A stretch of DNA of 64,000 nt from Candidatus Caldarchaeum subterraneum. GTDB taxonomy: Archaea > Thermoproteota > Nitrososphaeria_A > Caldarchaeales > Caldarchaeaceae. Below the pieces are notes generated by a model. The model had not been told where the DNA came from. It worked only from the letters and a program-made list of their open reading frames with translations, and searched no databases. Below, piece by piece: positions 48,591 through 60,815 of the stretch; the stretch's first letter is position 1, and the number at the start of each line of letters is the position of its first letter. The translations under genes and the position numbers were made by a program. The DNA lies in NCBI GenBank assembly GCA_000270325.1, contig BA000048.1, forward strand, positions 1,605,481 to 1,669,480, written 5' to 3'.

Positions 48591-49991
48591 TTAGGATGTC
48601 CTTTGACGATAGTGTTTACGGATGTGTTCCTCCTTGATTTTGGTCAGCTCCGTCTCTGGCAAACTTGAGAGAATATCCCACGCGATTTCAAGCGACTGGT
48701 CAAGGGTGCGGTTTTCGTTGGAGCCTTGGCGGAGGAAACGCTGCTCAAACAGGTCGCCGAACTCGAGATACTTGAGGTCTGTTTCGGAGAGGCCTGATTT
48801 TCCGACGATTTCTGCGAGGGAGCGTAGCTGGACAGCTCTGGCGTAGGCTGCGTAGAGCTGGTTGCTGACGTCTCCGTGGTCTGCTCTTGTCTTCTTCTGC
48901 GAGATGATGCCGGGGCCCATGAGCCTGCTTAGGCTCATCAAGACGTTGATGGGTGGGTAAATGCCTTTCCTGTAAAGGTCGCGTGAAAGAACTATCTGGC
49001 CCTCTGTGATGTAGCCGGTTAGGTCAGGTATAGGATGCGTGATGTCGTCGCTGGGCATGCTTAGGATGGGCATCTGAGTGAGGCTGCCCTTAAGACCCTT
49101 TATCCTCCCAGCCCTCTCATACAACGAAGCAAGGTCCGTGTACATGTAGCCGGGATAACCTTTTCGGCCGGGAACCTCCTCACGCGCCGCACTGACCTCA
49201 CGCAAGGCCTCCGCATAGTTTGTGATGTCTGTGATGATGACGAGCACGTGGTAGCCCTGTTTGAAGGCGAGATACTCGGCCAAGGTGAGGGCTATTCGGG
49301 GTGTGACTATTCGTTCGATGGCTGGGTCGTCGGCTAGATTGAGAAAGAGGGCGCTCCGTTTGATGGCGCCGCTTTCCTCGAGGCTTCTTCTAAAGTAGCG
49401 GGCTTCGTCGTTCTGGACTCCGACTGCCGCGAAGATTACGGCAAACTCTTCCTCCTTGCCTGGGACTGTTGCCTGCCTCGCTATCTGGGCTGCGAGCATG
49501 TTGTGGGGAAGACCTGCTCCAGAGAAGATTGGCAGCTTCTGGCCGCGGACGAGGCTGTTCATGCCGTCTATCGCCGATATGCCCGTTTGGATAAAGTCTG
49601 ACGGGTATTCGCGTTGCTCGGGGTTGATTGGCTCGCCGTTGACATCGAGCACGTCCTCGGCTATGGGGTCGGGTAAGCCGTCTATGGGTCTGCCCAACCC
49701 GTCGAAAACCCGGCCGAGCATCTCGGTGGATACAGGCGTCTCCATGGTTCTGCCGAGGAAACGAGCCTTTGTCCCCGCTATTCCGAGACCCTGTGTCCCT
49801 TCGAAGACCTGTACAACGGCGCGGCCCTCGCTCACCTCAATAACTCTGCCGAGCCGCCGCTCACCGTCAACGGTCTCAACCTCAACCAGCTCATCATAGC
49901 CCACCCCCGAAACTCCGCCGACAACCATCAACGGGCCCTTAATCTCCTGAATAGAGAGATATTCTACACCGCTTCTCTCGGCCGCCATCAA
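48591..49991 (-). CDS. atpB: A-type ATP synthase subunit B
   Basis: Non-catalytic A1 B-subunit pattern; coupled to atpA. Confidence 0.95.
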   Translation of the reverse strand: MMAAERSGVEYLSIQEIKGPLMVVGGVSGVGYDELVEVETVDGERRLGRVIEVSEGRAVVQVFEGTQGLGIAGTKARFLGRTMETPVSTEMLGRVFDGLGRPIDGLPDPIAEDVLDVNGEPINPEQREYPSDFIQTGISAIDGMNSLVRGQKLPIFSGAGLPHNMLAAQIARQATVPGKEEEFAVIFAAVGVQNDEARYFRRSLEESGAIKRSALFLNLADDPAIERIVTPRIALTLAEYLAFKQGYHVLVIITDITNYAEALREVSAAREEVPGRKGYPGYMYTDLASLYERAGRIKGLKGSLTQMPILSMPSDDITHPIPDLTGYITEGQIVLSRDLYRKGIYPPINVLMSLSRLMGPGIISQKKTRADHGDVSNQLYAAYARAVQLRSLAEIVGKSGLSETDLKYLEFGDLFEQRFLRQGSNENRTLDQSLEIAWDILSSLPETELTKIKEEHIRKHYRQRTS

Positions 49992-51790
49992 GCCTTCACC
50001 TCCACCTTCTCCCCATAAGCCAGCTTCTCAAACGTGTCAACCATAGCCTTCTCAAGCTCATCCAAAAGCTCAAGCCTGTTGTTTGGAACCTCGTACTTTG
50101 CTCTGATGAGCTTCGAGATTATGGGGAGGGAGCGGATATCTTTGAGAGCCACTCCTTTTCTCAGCGCTTCTTCGGCGAGCTTGTGGAACATGACGAAGAG
50201 TCTGAGCAGCTTGTATTGTTTCGGCGGAGGGCAGTAGGCGTCAACCTCGTCGTAGGCGCTCTGCTGCAGGAACCCCTCGCGAATCATCCGCGCCACGTCT
50301 ATGATGAGCTTCTCCTCATCCGGCAAAGCCTCGGGCCCAAGCAGTCTCACAAGCTCGAGCAAGTCAGCCTCTCTCTGGAGAAGCCGGTAGGCCTGGTAAC
50401 GCTGCTCATACCAATCCACAGTAACGTTTTCAGCCCACCATTTCCGCACCGTCTCAACATATCCCGAGTAGCTGGTAATCCAGTTGATTGCCGGGTAGTG
50501 GCGTGTGTATGCTAGGTTGGCGTCGAGGGCCCAGAATGTTCTGATAAACCTCATGGTGTGTGTTGTCACGGGTTCGGTGAAGTCTCCACCCGGCGGGCTC
50601 ACAGCGCCCACAAGAGTGACGCTTCCAATTCTCTCAGGGTTTCCGAGCGTCACCACACGGCCAGCACGTTCATAGAACTCGGCCAATCTGCTCGCTAGGT
50701 AGCTGGGGTAACCTTCCTCGGCCGGCATCTCCTCTAGTCTTCCGCTGATCTCGCGGAGGGCCTCTGCCCAGCGGCTGGTGGAGTCCGCGACGAGCAATAC
50801 ATCATAGCCCATGTCTCTGAAGTATTCCGCCATGGTTACGCCTGTGTAGATGCTGGCTTCGCGGGCCGCCACGGGCATGTTGCTGGTGTTGGCGATGAGT
50901 ACTGTTCTCTCCATGAGCGGCCTGCCTGTTGCTGGGTCTTTGAGGTGTGGGAACTCGGTCAAAACCTCCGACTCCTCGTTGCCACGTTCTCCGCAGCCGA
51001 CGTGAAAGATGACTCGTGTATCGCTCCATTTTGCGAGCTGGTGAAGCGTGACGGTTTTGCCTGTGCCGAAGGCGCCCGGTATGCATGCTGTCCCACCCTT
51101 GGAGATTGGGAAAAAGGTGTCCAGAACACGCTGACCGGTTATGGTGGGGACTTCGGGGTCAAGCCTCCTGTTGAAGGGTCTCGCTCTTCTAACGGGCCAG
51201 TTGTGATAAAGTCTGAGGTCTGTGGAGCCTTCTCTTGTCTCAAGAGTTGCCACCGTGTCCTCTATGGTGTATTCGCCCTCTGGAGCGATGTAGGTAAGTT
51301 TGCCGCGCTTCGCGTAGGGTGGTACCATTATCTTGGAGACGACTAACGGTGTTTCAGGCACCTCTCCTATGATGTCGCCGGGTCCAACCTCGTCACCCTT
51401 CTTCACAACTGGCGTGAACTTCCATTTTTTGTTCCTTGGCAGAGGGTCTACTTTGATTCCTCTCTTGATGAAGCCTGTTGAGATTTTTCCAATTGCGTCG
51501 AGAGGTCTCTGTACACCGTCGTAAATGCTGCCGAGCATGCCAGGGCCCAGAGAAACTGATAGCGGCGAACCTGTTGATTCCACGGGCTCGCCGGGCCTCA
51601 GCCCGCTGGTGTTCTCGTAAACCTGTATAAACGCGACATCCCCCGTGAGCTTGATAATTTCACCAATCAGCCTCTCCTCGCCAACATACACCGTTTCATA
51701 CATCTTCGCACCCATCATGCCGTCGGCTTTCACAGCAGGCCCAGCAACCCAGACAATCTTACCACGAACAGTGCTCATGTTTGAAACCAC
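49988..51790 (-). CDS. atpA: A-type ATP synthase catalytic subunit A
   Basis: Walker A GAFGTGKT, 600 aa; TATA (TTTAAATAATT) at 51815-51826 on the minus strand. Confidence 0.95.
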   Translation of the reverse strand: MVSNMSTVRGKIVWVAGPAVKADGMMGAKMYETVYVGEERLIGEIIKLTGDVAFIQVYENTSGLRPGEPVESTGSPLSVSLGPGMLGSIYDGVQRPLDAIGKISTGFIKRGIKVDPLPRNKKWKFTPVVKKGDEVGPGDIIGEVPETPLVVSKIMVPPYAKRGKLTYIAPEGEYTIEDTVATLETREGSTDLRLYHNWPVRRARPFNRRLDPEVPTITGQRVLDTFFPISKGGTACIPGAFGTGKTVTLHQLAKWSDTRVIFHVGCGERGNEESEVLTEFPHLKDPATGRPLMERTVLIANTSNMPVAAREASIYTGVTMAEYFRDMGYDVLLVADSTSRWAEALREISGRLEEMPAEEGYPSYLASRLAEFYERAGRVVTLGNPERIGSVTLVGAVSPPGGDFTEPVTTHTMRFIRTFWALDANLAYTRHYPAINWITSYSGYVETVRKWWAENVTVDWYEQRYQAYRLLQREADLLELVRLLGPEALPDEEKLIIDVARMIREGFLQQSAYDEVDAYCPPPKQYKLLRLFVMFHKLAEEALRKGVALKDIRSLPIISKLIRAKYEVPNNRLELLDELEKAMVDTFEKLAYGEKVEVKA

Positions 51791-51880
51791 CTACTTCATC
51801 TAATTATTTAAACTCATTCCAAGATGGTGCCAGCCTTAGGTTGAATACTCGGTTGATGTGTATGTTGATGGTGATGTGTC

Positions 51881-52858
51881 ATGGGCTTGGCTGCTGAGAC
51901 GGTTAATCTCGGGAGAGTTTTCAGGAACCGTGGCTCGATGGTGCAGGCGCTGGAGAAGGTTAACCTGAGGATAGAGAAGGGGCAGATATATGGGTTGCTG
52001 GGGCCGAACGGCGCCGGCAAAACCACTCTCGTCAAAATCCTCACCACACTTCTTCTCCCCACCACCGGCGAGGCATATGTCTACGGCTACGACGTCTCGA
52101 AAGAAGCATCCAAAATAAGGCCTCTGATTAACCTTGTCTCGGGAGCCGATACACCGGGCTACGGCTTGATTACGGTGAGGGAAAATCTCTGGTTTTACTC
52201 GATGCTCTACGGCTTGGACAAGGAGACGGCGAAGGAGCGGATTAACAGGTTGGTAGAGGAGGTTGGGTTAAAGGAGGTGGAGAACGAGCTTCTCCGCAAC
52301 CTCTCGACAGGCTACAGGCAGAGGATGAACCTCGCCCGCGGACTCGTAAACGACCCGTTGGTGCTTTTTCTCGACGAGCCGACCATAGGCCTCGACGCGG
52401 TTTCAGCCCGCAGAATCAGGAGGCTTATCAAGGATTGGGTGAGAGTTGACAGTGGACGGACCGTTATTCTCACCAGCCACTACATGGCGGAGGTTGAGGA
52501 GATGTGTGCAAGGGTTGCTGTGCTCAACAAGGGCCGCGTTGTTGCTGAGGGGACGCCGGCTGAGCTGCGAAGCCTTGTCGCAGGAAAAACGGTGGCTGTG
52601 ATGGAGGTGTGGCTGCCGACAGATGCCGAACATGTGCTGGATAAGCTGGAGTCAGCCTATAGGACACATGACCCCGCAACCAACATCTACCGCATCCGCG
52701 TAGTAGTCAACAACTGGGATGAGACCGCGGATATCGTAGAGCACATAACCTCACATGGCGGCAAAGTACTCTCCCTCGTCAAAGCCATGCCCTCCTTCGA
52801 AGATGTTTACGTCAAACTCGTGGGAGGCGGTGAAGTTGTTTCAGAATTTGAGGCATAA
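51881..52858 (+). CDS. ABC-2-type exporter ATP-binding protein
   Basis: Walker A GPNGAGKTT, LSTGYRQR signature. Confidence 0.85.
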   Translation: MGLAAETVNLGRVFRNRGSMVQALEKVNLRIEKGQIYGLLGPNGAGKTTLVKILTTLLLPTTGEAYVYGYDVSKEASKIRPLINLVSGADTPGYGLITVRENLWFYSMLYGLDKETAKERINRLVEEVGLKEVENELLRNLSTGYRQRMNLARGLVNDPLVLFLDEPTIGLDAVSARRIRRLIKDWVRVDSGRTVILTSHYMAEVEEMCARVAVLNKGRVVAEGTPAELRSLVAGKTVAVMEVWLPTDAEHVLDKLESAYRTHDPATNIYRIRVVVNNWDETADIVEHITSHGGKVLSLVKAMPSFEDVYVKLVGGGEVVSEFEA

Positions 52859-53654
52859 CCTAAGAGCTGCATACGCACGGACCTATGTGCGGGTCAGAAG
52901 CCAGTTCAGGGAGCCGGAATGGGTTTTGACCGAGTCGGTGATACCTTTGCTTATAGTCTTCGCCGCTGCGACACTTTATCGCGTTTCTGGGAGCGAGCAG
53001 CTGGCGGGCTTCGCTGTCTTGGGTGGGGCGATGATGGCTTTCTGGGACAACGTCCTCTGGCTGATGGCGAGCCAGTTCTACTGGGAAAAGGAGAGCGGAA
53101 ACCTCGACCTCTACATCATCGCACCCATTTCGAAAATGTCCATCCTACTAGGCATGTCCCTCGGCTCGATTATCAACACATCCATCAGAGCGCTGCTCAT
53201 ATTTCTCCTCGCCACCTTCGTGCTCCACATCCCGGTAAGTATAGCAGACCCGTTGGCCGTTCTCCTCGTCTTCGTACTCACTCTCACAGCTTTGTATGGA
53301 CTTGGCATGCTCATGTCATCTCTCTACATGCTCTACGGCAGAGGAGCCTACCAGCTCAACGAGGTCTTCAGCGAGCCTGTCTACCTCCTATCAGGACTCT
53401 ACTTCCCTACGATAGGCCGTTACTCGCCCTTCCCAGCGATTATCCAGTTTCTCGTATCTCTGATTCCTCTCACGTTTGGGATTGATGGCCTGAGACGGAC
53501 CATCATATTGGGAGAGGGTTTGGAGCAAGTCATGCTTCACATCTATGTGCTGCTCGCCTTGACCGTGGTGCTGATACCCCTTGCTTGGCGTGTTCTGATT
53601 TTCATGGAGAACCTTGGTAGGAGAGAGGGGAGGCTGAGCCTGAGATGGATGTGA
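52830..53654 (+). CDS. ABC-2 family permease
   Basis: 6-TM ABC-2 permease; start uncertain (GTG 52830 / TTG 52848 / ATG 52803). Confidence 0.65.
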   Translation: MKLFQNLRHNLRAAYARTYVRVRSQFREPEWVLTESVIPLLIVFAAATLYRVSGSEQLAGFAVLGGAMMAFWDNVLWLMASQFYWEKESGNLDLYIIAPISKMSILLGMSLGSIINTSIRALLIFLLATFVLHIPVSIADPLAVLLVFVLTLTALYGLGMLMSSLYMLYGRGAYQLNEVFSEPVYLLSGLYFPTIGRYSPFPAIIQFLVSLIPLTFGIDGLRRTIILGEGLEQVMLHIYVLLALTVVLIPLAWRVLIFMENLGRREGRLSLRWM

Positions 53655-54484
53655 AAAAACTGGTTAGGGCGCTTTGGTCATCTGCCTGGGTGGGCTGGGA
53701 GGTTGAGAGCAACTGGACCGAGCCTTTCATCTTTATCGGGCTTCAGGTGATTAGGCCGCTGGCCTCCACGCTGCTCTTTCCGTTGCTGTATCTCGTCGGC
53801 ATGAACTTTATCGGACGACCAGTCGACCCAAACTATCTAGGCTACATCTTTGTCGGGACAGCTTTCTTCACACCCTACATCTTCGCGGCGGAAACAGGAG
53901 GCACAATCGTCTCACAGGACCGAGAGCGCTACGGCGTCATGAAAAGCATTTACATCACCACCTCGTCCCTCAGCATCTATTTCCTCGGAAGGTTCCTCGC
54001 AGTAGCCGCCATATCACTCTTCTCGACCCTCAGCTCATTCGCGGCCGCTTATGCGTTAATCGTTTGGGGAATAGGCTACAGCATGCCGCTGAGGCTGGAG
54101 AATTTATTGGATGCTTTTCTGGCCCTCGGCGCGATTTACATCGGCTCCTTCGCCATCTTTTTCATCCTACCATCCATAAACCTGTTGACCAACAAGCTGC
54201 AGTGGAGCCTAACCTACTATTTCCTCGGCCTTCTCTACCTGCTGGGCGACATCATCTTTCCCGTGCAGAGCCTAAGCCCATTAGCCGAGCCGCTTGCCTA
54301 CATTCTTCCCACAAACCAGGCCCTCAACACACTCCGCGACGCCCTCGGCCTTCCAACAACCTACAACACAGCAGCCGCCTACCTCGCATCCATTCTTTGG
54401 GCCGCCCTCGGATACTTTGTCTTTAAACGAGCCGTCGGACGCGCAAGGGCCAAAGGCCTTCTCGACAAAATTGGCTGGTGGTAA
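53645..54484 (+). CDS. ABC-2 family permease (second)
   Basis: 6-TM permease, overlaps previous gene. Confidence 0.7.
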   Translation: MDVKKLVRALWSSAWVGWEVESNWTEPFIFIGLQVIRPLASTLLFPLLYLVGMNFIGRPVDPNYLGYIFVGTAFFTPYIFAAETGGTIVSQDRERYGVMKSIYITTSSLSIYFLGRFLAVAAISLFSTLSSFAAAYALIVWGIGYSMPLRLENLLDAFLALGAIYIGSFAIFFILPSINLLTNKLQWSLTYYFLGLLYLLGDIIFPVQSLSPLAEPLAYILPTNQALNTLRDALGLPTTYNTAAAYLASILWAALGYFVFKRAVGRARAKGLLDKIGWW

Positions 54485-54516
54485 AACATTTAGCCGCTTG
54501 ACATAGTGTAGGTGGC

Positions 54517-55536
54517 GTGAAAGCGGTGCGGGTTAGAGTCGGTGGAGGCGTGGAGGTTGTTGACGTTGATGTTCCAGAGGTTGGCGAGGGTGAGCTGCTT
54601 GTCGAGATGAGGATGTGCGGTGTAGACGGCACAGACCTTGAGAAAGCATTCGGCAGACCTTTAACACCGCCGATGCTGGGCCACGAGGTTGTTGGAGTTG
54701 TGGCCGAATCCCGTGCTGAAGGGTTTGAGGAAGGTGACAGAGTCTTCGTTCATCACCATGTTACCTGCGGAAAATGCTACTACTGCAGAGAAGGGTCTCC
54801 AACCATGTGTCCGCTTTTTTTGCAGACAAGCATAGACCCATGTGGATTCGCCGAGTTTTTCAGGGTCCCACGCGTCAACGTGGAGAGGGGTGCGGTACTA
54901 CGTTTGCCTGATGAGCTGGAGTGGAGCGAAGCCGTGTTCATCGAGCCCGCGGCATGTGTCTTGAGGGCGTTGAGGAGAGCGGGGTTCCGGGCCGGACATA
55001 CTCTCTCACTTGTCGGAGCGGGGCCAACCGGCACCATCTTCATAGTGATGGCTAAGGCTTTCGGAGCTCCTGTGGTCGCTGTCTCTGAGCTCTCCAAGTA
55101 TAGACGAGATATGGCTCTGGAAAACGGCGCCGACGCTGCCGTGGACCCGTTGAGCGAGGATTTTGCGAAAAAATGCAGGGAGTTGACCGACGGACTCGGC
55201 GTCGACATCGCCGTCCTCGCAACACCCGCCGCCAAACCACTCTCAACGGCCCTCGACAGCCTACGCAGAGGCGGAACACTGCTATTGTTCGGAGCGCCCG
55301 AGAAAGGCGAGAAGACGGAAGTCGATTTCAGCAGGCTCTTCATAGAGGAGAAAAACATCGTGACCAGCTACTCCACCACCGAAGCAGAGACAAACACGGT
55401 GCTCCACATGCTCACGAAGAAAGTTTTCACACTGAAACAACTCATCACACACACCTACTCTCTTGAGAAAGCGGAGGAGGCGTTTCAGAGGGCCCGTGAC
55501 CCAAACACAAGCCTCAAGGTTGTTTTGACCAGTTAG
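54517..55536 (+). CDS. zinc-dependent alcohol dehydrogenase (MDR family; threonine/sorbitol DH-like)
   Basis: GHE motif, structural Zn Cys cluster, GAGPTG Rossmann. Confidence 0.85.
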   Translation: MKAVRVRVGGGVEVVDVDVPEVGEGELLVEMRMCGVDGTDLEKAFGRPLTPPMLGHEVVGVVAESRAEGFEEGDRVFVHHHVTCGKCYYCREGSPTMCPLFLQTSIDPCGFAEFFRVPRVNVERGAVLRLPDELEWSEAVFIEPAACVLRALRRAGFRAGHTLSLVGAGPTGTIFIVMAKAFGAPVVAVSELSKYRRDMALENGADAAVDPLSEDFAKKCRELTDGLGVDIAVLATPAAKPLSTALDSLRRGGTLLLFGAPEKGEKTEVDFSRLFIEEKNIVTSYSTTEAETNTVLHMLTKKVFTLKQLITHTYSLEKAEEAFQRARDPNTSLKVVLTS

Positions 55537-56570
55537 CTTTTAATGGCTACCTTGATGTGTTTTCCCTGTCTAAGCTCCTCGAAAACCCTGTGAATGTCCT
55601 CGAGACGTGCTTCGCCTGTTATGAGTTTTTCGAAGGGTAGCTTCTTTGACTCGAGAAGTCTGAGGGCTCTTACGACGTCTTGGGGTGTGTGGTGGAAGGA
55701 GCCGTGGAGGCTGAGTTCACCGTAGTGGATAGTGTGGGTGTCGGCTGTGAGCTTTGTGCCTCCGGGTGGGCCGCCGAAGAAGAGGACGGTGCCGCCTTTC
55801 CGAACAAGTGTCAACGCCCTCTCCCATGTCTCCGGAAGACCCACAGCCTCTATCACAACATCTGCACCGATGCCGCCCGTCTCCTCGAGGACACGTTTCC
55901 TCGCATCCTCTTCACCGCTGTTGACCACGATGTCTGCTCCCAGCTCCGAGGCAAAGCGCAGCCTGTTCCAGTTTACGTCGAGGACAATCACCTTCCTCGC
56001 ACCCGATAACCGTGACAGCAACATGTGAAGCAACCCGATGGGCCCAGCTCCCACAACAGCCACAGCGTCTCCGACATCGATGTGAATCAGCCGCTGACCC
56101 CTCACCACACAGGCGAGGGGCTCAAGCAACGCCGCGACACGTGGTTCAAGGCCTTTGGGCAGCTTGTAGAGGTTGAAGGTTACGATGCGGCGGGGGAGCT
56201 TGATGTATTCCGCGTATGCTCCGTCGACGCTGAACCCGATTATTGTTTCACCGAGGTTTTCGCAGAGGTTGAAGCGGCCGAGCTTGCAGTAGATGCAGTA
56301 GCCGCATGGCGCGGAGTTGGCTGCGACAACCTCATCACCCACGTTCACCCAGTCAACCTCTTCACCCACCTCGACAACCACACCCGCGAACTCATGCCCC
56401 ATTATCACAGGAGGCCTCGCATAAGGATGACCGCGGAGAAACATCTTCAAATCCGTTCCACAAGTAAGCGTCACAAACGTCCTAACCAACACCTCACCTC
56501 TTCCAGGCGAAGGCCTCCCAACATCCATCACACGAAGGTCACCAGGCCCGTGAAAAACAGCAGCCCTCAA
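55533..56570 (-). CDS. zinc-dependent alcohol dehydrogenase (MDR family)
   Basis: GHEFAGVV, CGYCIYCKLGRFNLC, VVGAGPIGLL; probable TTG start at 56570 (MRAAVFHGPGDLRV); longer ATG ORF runs into 16S flank. Confidence 0.8.
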   Translation of the reverse strand: MRAAVFHGPGDLRVMDVGRPSPGRGEVLVRTFVTLTCGTDLKMFLRGHPYARPPVIMGHEFAGVVVEVGEEVDWVNVGDEVVAANSAPCGYCIYCKLGRFNLCENLGETIIGFSVDGAYAEYIKLPRRIVTFNLYKLPKGLEPRVAALLEPLACVVRGQRLIHIDVGDAVAVVGAGPIGLLHMLLSRLSGARKVIVLDVNWNRLRFASELGADIVVNSGEEDARKRVLEETGGIGADVVIEAVGLPETWERALTLVRKGGTVLFFGGPPGGTKLTADTHTIHYGELSLHGSFHHTPQDVVRALRLLESKKLPFEKLITGEARLEDIHRVFEELRQGKHIKVAIKS

Positions 56571-56674
56571 CCAAACACCCCACACTAAACCAAAACAGCC
56601 GACATAAAAACAAACAACACGAGCCAAGCCCAATCCACATCCTCACACAGCCACCCAGGCAGGAGTACGGTACA

Positions 56675-58167
<1,493 letters not shown>

Positions 58168-58339
58168 TGCCTGGGGATTACGGCTGCGGAGGATTTTGTG
58201 GGGGCTTGGCCCGTGTTAAGACCTGATCGTGATTGTATCAGGTCCTCATCTTGTGCCCCTGGTAGGAGGCCGAGCCATCAACCCGTGGGAGTGTCTCTCC
58301 CTTTGTCGGTCCGGTCGGAGCCGCCTTCTCGACCGGGGC

Positions 58340-58372
58340 AACTTATACAACTACTTGTGTTCTTATAAATAT
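58340..58372. promoter_or_regulatory. AT-rich bidirectional promoter region (TTATAAATATT) for 16S (minus) and ybaK-like gene (plus)
   Basis: Only strongly AT-rich TATA-like element between 16S 5' end and downstream CDS. Confidence 0.4.
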
Positions 58373-58458
58373 TGCGTTGGCTGATGGAAGGTGTCCGAAA
58401 CTATTTTTTCCGCTGTGTAGTGTTGTTTTGCGGTTTGTCGGAGAGGCTTCGGAGGTTT

Positions 58459-58890
58459 ATGGAGTCCGGTGGGTTGGTTGGTGAGTTTGTGGAGCTTCCG
58501 CCTGAGCAGGCGAGAACATCCGAGTCGGCGGCGAACGCTGTGGGATGTGAGCTTGGGCAGATTGCTAAAAGTATTGTGTTGAAGGGTTCGCGGACGTATG
58601 TGGTTGTGTTGGCGGGTGACAGGCGCATAGATTTGAAGAAGTTCAGCAAAGTTGTGGGTGAGCCTGTGCGTCTCGCGAAGCCCGATGAAGTATTGTCCGA
58701 GACAGGCTACCCCGTCGGAGCTGTTCCACCCTTCGGCCACATCAGGCCGCTCAAAACATTCATCGACGCATCACTTCTCAGACACAAGGTTGTCTACGCG
58801 TCAGGCGGCAGCGACAGCTTCCTCCTCAAACTCGGCGTCGACACACTGCTCAACCACTTCGGCGACAGTGTTGTCGATGTCTCGCGGTAG
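58459..58890 (+). CDS. YbaK/ProX-type aminoacyl-tRNA trans-editing deacylase domain protein
   Basis: GAVPPFGH motif typical of YbaK/ProX; start set at MESGG (ORF extends to 58372). Confidence 0.7.
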   Translation: MESGGLVGEFVELPPEQARTSESAANAVGCELGQIAKSIVLKGSRTYVVVLAGDRRIDLKKFSKVVGEPVRLAKPDEVLSETGYPVGAVPPFGHIRPLKTFIDASLLRHKVVYASGGSDSFLLKLGVDTLLNHFGDSVVDVSR

Positions 58891-59094
58891 AGAAAGGCTT
58901 TTGACCTCCCACTAAACAGTGAAGAACATGGTCAAGCTGAGCAAGACAAGGTTCTGGGACGTCTTCTCCTCGTTTGCATACATTCTCGCGTTCTTGTTGA
59001 CGATGGTCGCAGTTGTCGGGCTTGCGATGTTTTTGATGCAGACGCCGAATCTACTCGGCATAGCTTAAAATAACACCCGAAAACATGAAAAATC

Positions 59095-59211
59095 GGCGCC
59101 GGTCATAGGATGGGGGAAACGCCCAGACTCAGCCGAACCTGGAAGCTAAGCCCCATCCGCGCGGCACTAGTGAGGTGGGAGACCCCTCGCGAAAGCCGCG
59201 TGCCGGCGGCC
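59095..59211 (+). rRNA. rrf: 5S ribosomal RNA
   Basis: GGTCATAGG...CCCAGACTCAGCCGAACCTGGAAGCTAAGCC... matches archaeal 5S conserved core; terminal helix complementary. Confidence 0.8.
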
Positions 59212-59213
59212 AA

Positions 59214-59232
59214 ATTTGCTTTTGTTTTAATT
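59214..59232 (+). terminator. oligo-T tract (TTTGCTTTTGTTTTAATT) after 5S rRNA
   Basis: Archaeal intrinsic terminators are T-rich runs. Confidence 0.4.
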
Positions 59233-59260
59233 CATGCCGACCAGTATTTTTCTGATGTAG

Positions 59261-59992
59261 ATGGCTGATGTGTCAACTGTTGTTGTCGTTGTTTTGCTTG
59301 GGGCCGCTGCTTTCTTCTACACTTTGGGCGGGTTTGCGGGTGGCTCGGTCTTCATAGCGATTTTGTTGGCGGCCAGCGTTCCCGCTGGTCAGGCGGCTCT
59401 GGCTGGGCTTGTCTTCAACACCGTCTCCACGTCAAGCTCCATTCTAAGATGGCGTATTCACTTTTCGCGAGAGATGCTGTGGTTTGTGGCAGGCTCCGTT
59501 CCCATGGCTTTTGTCGGCGGGTTGTTGTATGTTCCCGACGAGCTGCTGCGGCGGGTTATGGGTGTGGCTATTCTGGTGGGTGGCTTCACGGTGTTGACGG
59601 CGACGTTCCAGCTCAAAAAAGTCTACCTGGGAATACCCGCCAGGGTTCTTGTGGGATGCGGCATCGGGCTTCTCGCAGGTTTGACAGGCATAGGCGGTGG
59701 AGTGTATCTCGCCCCTCTGCTCATCATGCTGGATATCGCGAACCCGAAGACGACCGCCGCCACAACAACCACACTAATTCTCCTAAACTCGTTAGCAGGC
59801 ATACTGGCCCGGCTGCCAAGGCTCCCGACACTGCTGCCGAACCCAGTAATCCTCGCAGCCATATCCCTCATCATTTTAACCGCCCAGCTCGGCTCATACA
59901 CCGGCGCCAAACTTTTCTCCCAAAAAACGGTGAGACGAGTCATCGCGTTAATACTCATCTCGATAGGTCTCTACCTGAGCCTCGGAGCCTAA
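59261..59992 (+). CDS. TSUP (TauE/SafE, DUF81) family anion exporter
   Basis: Two-repeat 4+4 TM architecture with GxGGG motifs. Confidence 0.75.
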   Translation: MADVSTVVVVVLLGAAAFFYTLGGFAGGSVFIAILLAASVPAGQAALAGLVFNTVSTSSSILRWRIHFSREMLWFVAGSVPMAFVGGLLYVPDELLRRVMGVAILVGGFTVLTATFQLKKVYLGIPARVLVGCGIGLLAGLTGIGGGVYLAPLLIMLDIANPKTTAATTTTLILLNSLAGILARLPRLPTLLPNPVILAAISLIILTAQLGSYTGAKLFSQKTVRRVIALILISIGLYLSLGA

Positions 59993-60090
59993 CTTCAGGG
60001 ATATAGACGTAGTAGATCCCTTTATCCGTTTGTGTTCTAGGGTTCTCGAGCCAGGTTCACCGTGGAAAAATAGGCCAGCAGTATCGATAG

Positions 60091-60591
60091 TTAATCCTCC
60101 GCTGTTATCACATGGAGTATAATTAGCACGATTAGCAATGCAGTGATTACTATCTGAGTATGTATCACCTTGTTAAGCGCCTTCGAGTATCTATTCGACA
60201 CCAGCATTAGGAAGTAGCCTGATACCATAACAGCGGCTATGACCACCGTCAACGATAGCGAAATCGGGTCTAAGTATCTTATTAGAGCGAATCCATGTGA
60301 AAAAGCCGCCAATGTGCCGGCGGAGTTTACGGCTATGTGAAAGTGTAACGCTGGTTTGTATATCAATGCTAGTTTCCTGCTTATATCCCTGGCATCGGGG
60401 ATGAAGGCTGTTATGAAACGCCTCAGGAAATTATATGCGTTGAAGGGTAGTGTGGCGAGGACTCCAGCGCCTATTGCCAGCCACCCCAGCTCTTTGTTGA
60501 CCTCTTCACCTCCATCCGCAAAGACAGGCTGTATTGAGAATACAAATAACATGAGAATAAGCGCTAGGGTTTTTGTTGACCTTTCCTCCAT
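60091..60591 (-). CDS. hypothetical membrane protein
   Basis: Hydrophobic 166 aa ORF in AT-rich segment. Confidence 0.45.
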   Translation of the reverse strand: MEERSTKTLALILMLFVFSIQPVFADGGEEVNKELGWLAIGAGVLATLPFNAYNFLRRFITAFIPDARDISRKLALIYKPALHFHIAVNSAGTLAAFSHGFALIRYLDPISLSLTVVIAAVMVSGYFLMLVSNRYSKALNKVIHTQIVITALLIVLIILHVITAED

Positions 60592-60815
60592 GCTTCAAAC
60601 ACCTTGTATCCACCATAAATGAAAGCACCAGCTATAATCGAGATCACCGCTACGAATACAACGTTACCAAATCCCAATAGGTTTGAGCCAGCCCTTCCAC
60701 CGTTTTCGGCCTCCTTTTCCTCTTCGTGTTCGTCCCCATTGCCGTATACATATGTCGTATTGGTTAAAACAGCTGCCAAAAGCAAAAAGGCCAGAAGGAT
60801 AGTTATTGTCTTCAC
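60564..60815 (-). CDS. small secreted/membrane protein (83 aa) with acidic central region
   Basis: Signal/TM helix at both ends; TATA (GGTATAAATATATA) upstream at 60833-60846 on the minus strand. Confidence 0.4.
   Translation of the reverse strand: MKTITILLAFLLLAAVLTNTTYVYGNGDEHEEEKEAENGGRAGSNLLGFGNVVFVAVISIIAGAFIYGGYKVFEAWRKGQQKP

Noticed and set aside
55533-55536. 4-bp overlap of convergent stop codons of the two Zn-ADH genes
   Set aside because: This is a trivial consequence of compact gene packing
58927-59067. 46-codon tail-anchored small ORF (MVKLSKTRFWDVFSSFAYILAFLLTMVAVVGLAMFLMQTPNLLGIA) between the ybaK-like gene and 5S, possibly Sec61-beta-like
   Set aside because: It is too short and lacks the conserved Sec-beta motif; it may be real but is unsupported
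59243-59262. Possible C/D-box-like TGATG...CTGA elements near the start of the TauE-like gene
   Set aside because: Spacing and box order do not fit a C/D sRNA, and it overlaps a CDS start
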